The notes below the pieces were generated by a model that did not search any database, had not been told where the DNA came from, and saw nothing but the letters and a program-made list of their open reading frames with translations. A stretch of 64,000 bases of DNA from an uncultured Chloroflexia bacterium (lineage in GTDB: Bacteria; Chloroflexota; Limnocylindria; Limnocylindrales; CSP1-4), in NCBI GenBank assembly GCA_963746865.1, contig CAVVDB010000007.1, positions 250,235 through 314,234 on the forward strand, read 5' to 3'. The translations under genes and the position numbers were made by a program. This document shows positions 57,964 through 64,000 of the stretch, in pieces. Numbering within the stretch: the first letter of the stretch is position 1; each line of letters opens with the position of its first letter.

Positions 57964-59651
57964 CCGGGTCCGCTGCCCCCGTCGAGCATCGGGACGCGGA
58001 CGCCGCGCTCCCGGGCGACCTCGATCGCCCGGTCGTAGCCCGCATCGACGTGGCGGAGGACGCCCATCGCCGGGTCGGTCGTGAGGACGCGCTCCAGCTT
58101 CTGCGCGGCCAGCGGCGTGCCATCGGCGACGACCACCATCCCGGCGTGCTGCGAGTAACCGATCCCGACCCCGCCGCCGTGGTGGATCGAGACCCAGGTC
58201 GCGCCGGCGGCGGTGTTGACGAGGGCGTTGAGCAGCGGCCAGTCGGCGACCGCGTCCGAGCCGTCGGCCATCGCCTCCGTCTCGCGGTTCGGCGACGCCA
58301 CCGAACCCGCGTCGAGGTGGTCGCGCCCGATGACGATCGGGGCGCTGACCTCGCCGGTCCGGACCAGCTCGTTGAACGCGAGTCCCGCCTTCGCCCGCTC
58401 GCCGTAGCCGAGCCAGCAGATGCGCGCCGGGAGCCCCTGGAACGGGACCCGCTCCTGGGCCATCGCGATCCAGCGATGGAGGCCGGCGTCGTCGGGGAAG
58501 AGCTCCAGGACCGCCCGGTCCGTTCGGAGGATGTCGGCTGGGTCGCCGGAAAGGGCGGCCCAGCGGAACGGCCCGCGACCCTCGCAGAACTGCGGTCGGA
58601 TGAAGGCCGGGACGAAGCCCGGGTAGTCGAAGGCGTCGGCGACGCCCGCCTCCTGGGCCTGCGCACGCAGGTTGTTGCCGTAGTCGAAGACGACCGCCCC
58701 GGCTCGCTGGAAGGCGAGCATCGCCCGGACATGAGCGGCCATCGCCCGGCGCGATCGGCGCTGGTATTCGTCCGGGAGGGCCGCGCGCAGCTCGAGCGCG
58801 TCGGGCAGCGTCATCTCGTCGGGCACGTAGCCGCCCAGCGCGTCGTGGGCGGAGGTCTGGTCGGTGACCAGGTCGAACCGCTCGCCCGCGGCCGCCCAGG
58901 CGGGCTCGATCTCGGCCGCGTTCCCGACGAGGGCGATGCTCAGCGCGGTGCCGGTTGCGGCGGCCGCGCGCGCCCACGCCAGGGCCTCCGCCGGATCGCC
59001 GGTCAGTCGGTCGACATAGCCGATGTCGAGGCGCCGTCGGGCGCGCGCCTCGTCGACCTCGATGGCGATGCAGACGCCGTCGTTCATCGTCACCGCCAGC
59101 GGCTGCGCGCCGCCCATCCCGCCGAGGCCGGCGGTGAGCGTCACCGTCCCGCGCAGGGAGCCGCCGAAATGCTGACGACCGGCTTCGGCGAAGGTCTCGT
59201 AGGTCCCCTGCAGGATCCCCTGCGTCCCGATGTAGATCCACGAGCCCGCGGTCATCTGGCCGTACATCATCAGGCCCTGCCGCTCGAGGTCGCGGAAGAC
59301 CTCCCAGGTCGCCCACTTGCCGACGAGGTTGGAGTTGGCGATGAGGACACGCGGTGCCCACGGATGGGTGCGAACCACCCCGACCGGCTTCCCCGACTGG
59401 ACGAGGAGCGTCTCGTCATCGGCCAGCGTCCGGAGCTCGCGGACGATGGCGTCGAACGCCTCCCACGACCGCGCCGCCCGGCCCGTGCCGCCGTACACGA
59501 CGAGGTGGTCCGGATCCTCCGCGACCTCCGGATCCAGGTTGTTCATGAGCATCCGGAGGGCGGCTTCCTGTTCCCAGCCGCGGCAAGTCAGCTCGTTGCC
59601 GCGCGGGGCGCGGACCGGGCGCGCGCCGATGCCGGACATCGTCTCGTGCAT
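57960..59651 (-). CDS. hutU: Urocanate hydratase
   Basis: [27 protein letters not shown] (NAD site) and [18 protein letters not shown]. Intact frame. ATG at 59651 or 59639. Confidence 0.92.
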   Translation of the reverse strand: MHETMSGIGARPVRAPRGNELTCRGWEQEAALRMLMNNLDPEVAEDPDHLVVYGGTGRAARSWEAFDAIVRELRTLADDETLLVQSGKPVGVVRTHPWAPRVLIANSNLVGKWATWEVFRDLERQGLMMYGQMTAGSWIYIGTQGILQGTYETFAEAGRQHFGGSLRGTVTLTAGLGGMGGAQPLAVTMNDGVCIAIEVDEARARRRLDIGYVDRLTGDPAEALAWARAAAATGTALSIALVGNAAEIEPAWAAAGERFDLVTDQTSAHDALGGYVPDEMTLPDALELRAALPDEYQRRSRRAMAAHVRAMLAFQRAGAVVFDYGNNLRAQAQEAGVADAFDYPGFVPAFIRPQFCEGRGPFRWAALSGDPADILRTDRAVLELFPDDAGLHRWIAMAQERVPFQGLPARICWLGYGERAKAGLAFNELVRTGEVSAPIVIGRDHLDAGSVASPNRETEAMADGSDAVADWPLLNALVNTAAGATWVSIHHGGGVGIGYSQHAGMVVVADGTPLAAQKLERVLTTDPAMGVLRHVDAGYDRAIEVARERGVRVPMLDGGSGPG

Positions 59652-59661
59652 GGCCGAAAGA

Positions 59662-60267
59662 CTACTCGCGCAGGCCGGCCATGACGAGTTCGCCGAGCTT
59701 CCGGTCGCCGGCCGCGGTGATCGACACGAGCCGATCGCCACGAATGCGTGTGTGGAGTGTCCGAGCGCCCTCCTTGCAGGTCGTGACCTCGACGGTGTGC
59801 GACGCGATGACCTGCTGGCTGTGCTTGGATACGCCGCCAGCGGACTCGCAGGCTGACTTGTCGTAGTCCGCTCGCCAGTCCTTGTAGAAGGCGTCGCCGT
59901 TGACGCCCGGACGGAGCTGGACGACGGTCGCGATCGCGATGTCTTCGTCACCGGAGCTGCCCGGCGCCACGACGATCCCCACCGCGATCCCGGTGGCCGA
60001 CCGCCCGAGCGCCGGGTCGGAGATCATCCCGAGGGCGGCCGAGTCGACGCTGGCCATCGCCAACCCGGCCACCTCGGCGGGGAGGTAGCGCAGGAGTCCC
60101 GGATCGATCACGAGCGGGCCCGACCCGATCGGCACCACCGCCACCGCACTCGGCGTCGGGACTGCGCTCGACGACGATGGTTCGACCTTGCCGCCGCACG
60201 CGACGACGGCCAGCGCAAGCCCGACGACGGCCGCTCCGAGTCCGAGACGCCGCCCGAGGTCAGACAA
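59662..60267 (-). CDS. Lipoprotein, function unknown
   Basis: [19 protein letters not shown] lipobox. TTG start at 60267 overlaps the stop of the upstream GNAT gene. The upstream part of ORF 59662..60351 is Arg/Gly/Ser junk. Confidence 0.55.
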   Translation of the reverse strand: MSDLGRRLGLGAAVVGLALAVVACGGKVEPSSSSAVPTPSAVAVVPIGSGPLVIDPGLLRYLPAEVAGLAMASVDSAALGMISDPALGRSATGIAVGIVVAPGSSGDEDIAIATVVQLRPGVNGDAFYKDWRADYDKSACESAGGVSKHSQQVIASHTVEVTTCKEGARTLHTRIRGDRLVSITAAGDRKLGELVMAGLRE

Positions 60268-61046
60268 GGTCGCGCCGCATGACCGGGAACCGCTCGTCGT
60301 CGATCGCCCGCCGGAACCCGACCGATTCCCAGAACCCCGGCGTGGCGGCACTCGTCGCGTCGGGACGGGCGCCCAGCTCGGGATAGGTCTCGACGGCGGT
60401 GAACCCGCGTCCGGCGAGGTCCTCGCAGACGGCCGCCACGAGGGCCTTCGCGAGCCCGGCGCCGCGCGCCTCGGCCGTCGTGGCGATGCAGGTGATGACC
60501 GCCGGCAGCGGCGATTCAGGGAGCGACGGGTAGAGGTCGCGGGTCTGTTGGGCCCGTGGGTACGCCGTCAACGGTCCGAACTGAGCGTAGGCCTTGGCCT
60601 CGTCGTCCTCGAGCAGGACCTTCGCATAACTCCCGGCCACGCCGAGGCCGCGGCCGAGCAGCTGGAGCTTGCGCGGCGCGTCGCTCCCGACGGTCGGGCG
60701 GGCGACCGGTGGCGGCGCGAACGGGTTCGCGATCGGGTCGGCGTCGTCGTCGTCGCCCGGGGTCAGGAACGGGTTCGTCGGGCGCTCGGTCGCGAACGGG
60801 TTGGCGGCCGGTCGTTTCGCCTCCAGGTCCGCGAGGAACGGGTTCGCCGAGGGCTGCCGCGAGGTCCCGGCTCCCTTGCCGCCGTCCGTCGAGGCCTCGA
60901 GCCACGACAGCCGCGCCGCCTTCGACCCGTGGGCGGCGTCCTCCCAGTAGTCGCACGAGCGGTGGTCGAACCCGGGATCCGCGCATGGCGGGACGCGGCC
61001 GAAGGTGGCCGTGTCGGTGACGTCGAGGATGCGAGATCGTGCCCAT
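60260..61046 (-). pseudogene. GNAT-family acetyltransferase with N-terminal CDYWE region and NPF-repeat linker; probable frame change about 5 codons after the ATG at 61046
   Basis: The conserved frame reads ILDVTDTATFGRVPPCADPGFDHRSCDYWEDAAHGSKAARLSW ... AVITCIATTAEARGAGLAKALV (acetyl-CoA site) and has no start codon. The ATG at 61046 (MGTIS) is 1 nt out of frame. Confidence 0.65.
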
Positions 61047-61068
61047 GAGGGCAGAAGTCTACGGCCCC

Positions 61069-62685
61069 TCAGCCGGCGAGGTCGGCGAGCGCCCCGGCGT
61101 GGACCATGGCGAGCGCCGCCGTGAGGTCAGGGCCCGGCTCACGGTCGCCGTCGAGGTGGCGGATCCGCGCCCGCACGCGAGCGAGCGCCTCGGCGACACC
61201 GGCGCCGGGTGCCGCCCCGTCCGACGTCGCGAGCCGCAGGTCGAGCGCCTGCGCCGCGACGAGCAGCTCGATCGCCAGGATCTGCTCGACGTGGGCGAGC
61301 ACGGATCTGGCATGCCGCGCCGAGATCGAGCCCATCGAGACGTGATCCTCCTGGTTGGCGCTGGTCGGGATCGAATCGACCGAAGCCGGGTGGGCCAGGA
61401 CCTTGTTCTCCGAGACGAGGGCGGCCGCCGTGTACTGGTAGATCATCATCCCCGAATCGATCCCCGACGAGGCCGCGAGGAACGGCGGCAGCCCGCCGTT
61501 GAGCCTCGGATCGACGAGCAGCGCCGTCCGCCGCTCGCTGATCGAACCGAGTTCGGCGATGGCGATCTTGGCGAAGTCGAGCGCCAGCGCGATCGGCTCG
61601 CCGTGGAAGTTGCCGCCGCTGATGACCCGACCGCCGCCGGTCGCGACGGTGTCCTCGCCGGCGACCCCGCCGCCCGGGAAGACGAGCGGGTTGTCGGTCG
61701 CGGAGTTCAATTCGATGTCGAGGACCCGCCGCAGGTGGTCGAGCGTGTCGCGGACCGCGCCGTGGACCTGCGGCGTGCAGCGCAGCGAGTACGGATCCTG
61801 GACCTTGTGCGCGTGGCCGTGATGACCGGCCTGGAGGCCGCTGTCGCGGAGCAGGTGACGGAGTTCGGTGGCGACGCGGACCTGGCCCGGATGGGGCCGC
61901 GCCAGCTGGTAGGCCGCGGCGAATGCGACGTCGGTGCCGAGCAACGCCTCCACGCTCATCGCCGCGACGACGCTGGCGGTCCGGGTCAGGCGGTCGGCGT
62001 CGGCCAGCAACAGCGCCCCGATCGCGCCCATCATCTGGGTCCCATTGAGGAGCGCCAGCCCCTCCTTCGCCTCGAGCGTCAGCGGCTCCAGCCCGTTCTC
62101 GCGCAGGGCGATCAACGCCGGGACGACGACGCCGCCGACCTCGACCTGGCCACGACCGATGAGCGGCAGGGCCAGGTGGGCGAGCGGGGCAAGGTCGCCC
62201 GAGGCGCCGACGCTCCCCTGCTCCGGCACGACCGGATGGATCTCAAGGCGGAGGAAGTCGAGGAGGCGGTCCACGACCAGCGGCCGGCAGCCGCTATGGC
62301 CCAGGGCGAGCGTGTTCGCCCGGAGCAGGAGCATCGCCCGGACGACCTCGCGCGGGAAGGCCGGGCCGACGCCGGCGGCATGGCTCATCAGGATGTTCTC
62401 CTGCAGCCGGGCCGCGTCGGTGGGCGGGATGAAGGTCGTCGCCAGGTCGCCGAACCCGGTCGTCACGCCGTACACGACGGCGCCGTCGCGGACGAGCGAT
62501 TCGATGACGTCGCGCGCCTCCTGCATCCGGCCGCGGGCATCGGCGTCCAGGGCGACCTCGGCACCGTAGCGGGCGACGAGTTCGACCTCGGCGACCGACA
62601 GGTCGGCGCCGGTCAGGACGACGGTCGAACCGCCGGCCGTGCCAGCGCGGTCCGGGTCGAGGTGCGGGACCTCCGGCTCACTCAC
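61069..62685 (-). CDS. hutH: Histidine ammonia-lyase
   Basis: 538 aa. GSVGASGDLAPLAHL (Ala-Ser-Gly MIO precursor) and GVTTGFG. Confidence 0.93.
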   Translation of the reverse strand: MSEPEVPHLDPDRAGTAGGSTVVLTGADLSVAEVELVARYGAEVALDADARGRMQEARDVIESLVRDGAVVYGVTTGFGDLATTFIPPTDAARLQENILMSHAAGVGPAFPREVVRAMLLLRANTLALGHSGCRPLVVDRLLDFLRLEIHPVVPEQGSVGASGDLAPLAHLALPLIGRGQVEVGGVVVPALIALRENGLEPLTLEAKEGLALLNGTQMMGAIGALLLADADRLTRTASVVAAMSVEALLGTDVAFAAAYQLARPHPGQVRVATELRHLLRDSGLQAGHHGHAHKVQDPYSLRCTPQVHGAVRDTLDHLRRVLDIELNSATDNPLVFPGGGVAGEDTVATGGGRVISGGNFHGEPIALALDFAKIAIAELGSISERRTALLVDPRLNGGLPPFLAASSGIDSGMMIYQYTAAALVSENKVLAHPASVDSIPTSANQEDHVSMGSISARHARSVLAHVEQILAIELLVAAQALDLRLATSDGAAPGAGVAEALARVRARIRHLDGDREPGPDLTAALAMVHAGALADLAG

Positions 62686-62705
62686 TGCCGCGAGGATAGT
62701 CGGCT

Positions 62706-63380
62706 ATGCTCCCGCCCGTGTTCGACTTCCTGAACGGGCCCGTGCGCGATCTGGTGACCCAGATCTACGAGGCGGTCGGCTACCTGGGCGTCGCGCTGTG
62801 GGTGGCCATCGAGAGCGTGATCATCCCGATCCCGTCCGAGCTGGTGCTCCCCTTCGCGGGGTTCCTCGTCGGCGAGGGGACGGCCCTCGAGCCGATCACC
62901 GGACAGCCCTGGAACTACTGGATCACCGTGCTGGCCGGGACCCTCGGGGCGACGGTCGGCGCCCTCATCGCCTACGGGATCGGCGCGTGGGGCGGCCGCC
63001 CCGTCCTCGAGCGCTGGGGTCGCTATCTCGGCATCACCGCGGCGGACCTCGACAAGGCGGACGACTTCTTCGCTCGACACGGCGAGGCCGCCAGCTTCTT
63101 CGGTCGGATGATCCCGGTCATCCGCTCGCTGGTGTCGTTCGCGGCCGGGATCTCGCACATGCACCTCGGCAAGTTCACCGTCTTCACCTTCCTGGGGTCG
63201 CTGCCGTGGACCGCCTTGCTGGTCTTCGCCGGCGTCCAGCTCGGTGCGAACTGGGAGGAGATCGGCGCCTGGCTGAAGCGGTTCGAGTACGCGATCCTCG
63301 CGATCCTCGCGGTCATCGTCATCGCCTGGATCTGGTTCCGGATCATCAAGCCGCGTCGCGCCGCTCGGGCGGGGGCCTGA
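62706..63380 (+). CDS. DedA-family membrane protein
   Basis: 224 aa. VAIESVIIPIPSELVLPFAGFL and ...FFGRMIPVIRSLVSFAAG motifs. Confidence 0.85.
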   Translation: MLPPVFDFLNGPVRDLVTQIYEAVGYLGVALWVAIESVIIPIPSELVLPFAGFLVGEGTALEPITGQPWNYWITVLAGTLGATVGALIAYGIGAWGGRPVLERWGRYLGITAADLDKADDFFARHGEAASFFGRMIPVIRSLVSFAAGISHMHLGKFTVFTFLGSLPWTALLVFAGVQLGANWEEIGAWLKRFEYAILAILAVIVIAWIWFRIIKPRRAARAGA

Positions 63381-64000
63381 CCTCCTCGGGCGGACGCAGG
63401 CTGCGGAACTCGCGGTAGAGCAGCAGGTCGTACACGATCTTGCAGCCACCGGCCAGGTAGAAGGGCAAGGCCGTATACCCGGCGCTGGCCATCAGCACGG
63501 ACGAGAAGGTCGGCGAGATGGCCGCGCCGGTCGTCCGGGCGACGCCGGTCACCCCGGCCGCCGCGGAGCGCTCGTCAGGGTCGACCACGGCGATGACGTA
63601 CGACTGGCGGGTCGGGACGTCCATCTGGCTCAGGCAGAACCTGAGCAGCAGGACCGCGACGGCCAGTTCCACGGTCTGCATCAGCGGGACGAGGATGAGC
63701 AGGATGTTCGAGGGGAGGTGGGTGAAGACCATCGTGTTGATGAGGCCGAACCGCGACGCGATCCGCGCCGCCGAGAGCGATGACACGGCGGCAAGGAGGT
63801 TGGCGGCGAAGAAGATGACGCCGAGGGCCGCCGGGTCGACCCCGAACTGCACCGTGAACCAGAACGCCATCAGGCTCTGCGGGATGAACCCGCCCCCGAA
63901 GGCATCGAGCGCGAAGAGCGCCGACAGTTTGAGGACGACGCCCTTCGAGCGCCCGAGGCCGAGCCGGCGTCGGATGCCGTCCGTGGATGCCTGGGCGGGT
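63346..64000 (-). CDS. MFS transporter, C-terminal half; 5' end outside the window
   Basis: ORF 63346..63870 and its in-frame continuation to the window edge. Six hydrophobic helices with an MFS-type loop pattern. Confidence 0.65.
   Translation of the reverse strand, partial: PAQASTDGIRRRLGLGRSKGVVLKLSALFALDAFGGGFIPQSLMAFWFTVQFGVDPAALGVIFFAANLLAAVSSLSAARIASRFGLINTMVFTHLPSNILLILVPLMQTVELAVAVLLLRFCLSQMDVPTRQSYVIAVVDPDERSAAAGVTGVARTTGAAISPTFSSVLMASAGYTALPFYLAGGCKIVYDLLLYREFRSLRPPEEVRPPPERRDAA

Overview
Very GC-rich segment (roughly two-thirds to 70% G+C by eye, not computed). It looks like a high-GC Gram-positive-type chromosome (Actinomycetota- or Chloroflexota-like): many GTG/TTG starts, 4-nt ATGA gene overlaps, ECF sigma/anti-sigma pairs, lipobox and Tat-like signals. 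I can support about 60 genes.

Main contents:
- Metabolism: dimethylglycine/sarcosine dehydrogenase-like gene with etfBA; two convergent L-amino-acid-oxidase paralogs; a split histidine-utilisation locus (hutH, hutU, hutI plus glutamate formimidoyltransferase) interleaved with unknown and zinc-ribbon genes; argS.
- Envelope: thioester-less alpha-2-macroglobulin, a MoxR-DUF58-VWA-VWA operon, a CcdA/thioredoxin pair, several lipoproteins.
- A tRNA-Thr(CGT) whose 5' half is duplicated 2.7 kb away as a perfect 61-bp direct repeat. The repeats bracket a VapBC pair plus an ECF sigma cassette, and are followed by VapBC and MazEF.

Best candidate for something undescribed (19.4-27.7 kb): a divergent ECF sigma/anti-sigma pair next to an ftsZ homolog with an in-frame N-terminal transmembrane anchor. 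62 nt downstream lies a ~1,680-codon reading frame (broken once at ~24838) encoding a PKD-domain protein. Its C-terminal half is an unrecognised 14-15-residue helical repeat and contains three nucleotide-identical 612-bp tandem copies.

Caveat on sequence quality: at least 11 otherwise well-conserved genes, including essential argS, are interrupted by single-nucleotide frame changes. The sequence probably carries indel errors, so all pseudogene calls here are provisional.

No CRISPR array, rRNA, transposase or integrase was seen. All family assignments rest on motifs read by eye; no searches were run.
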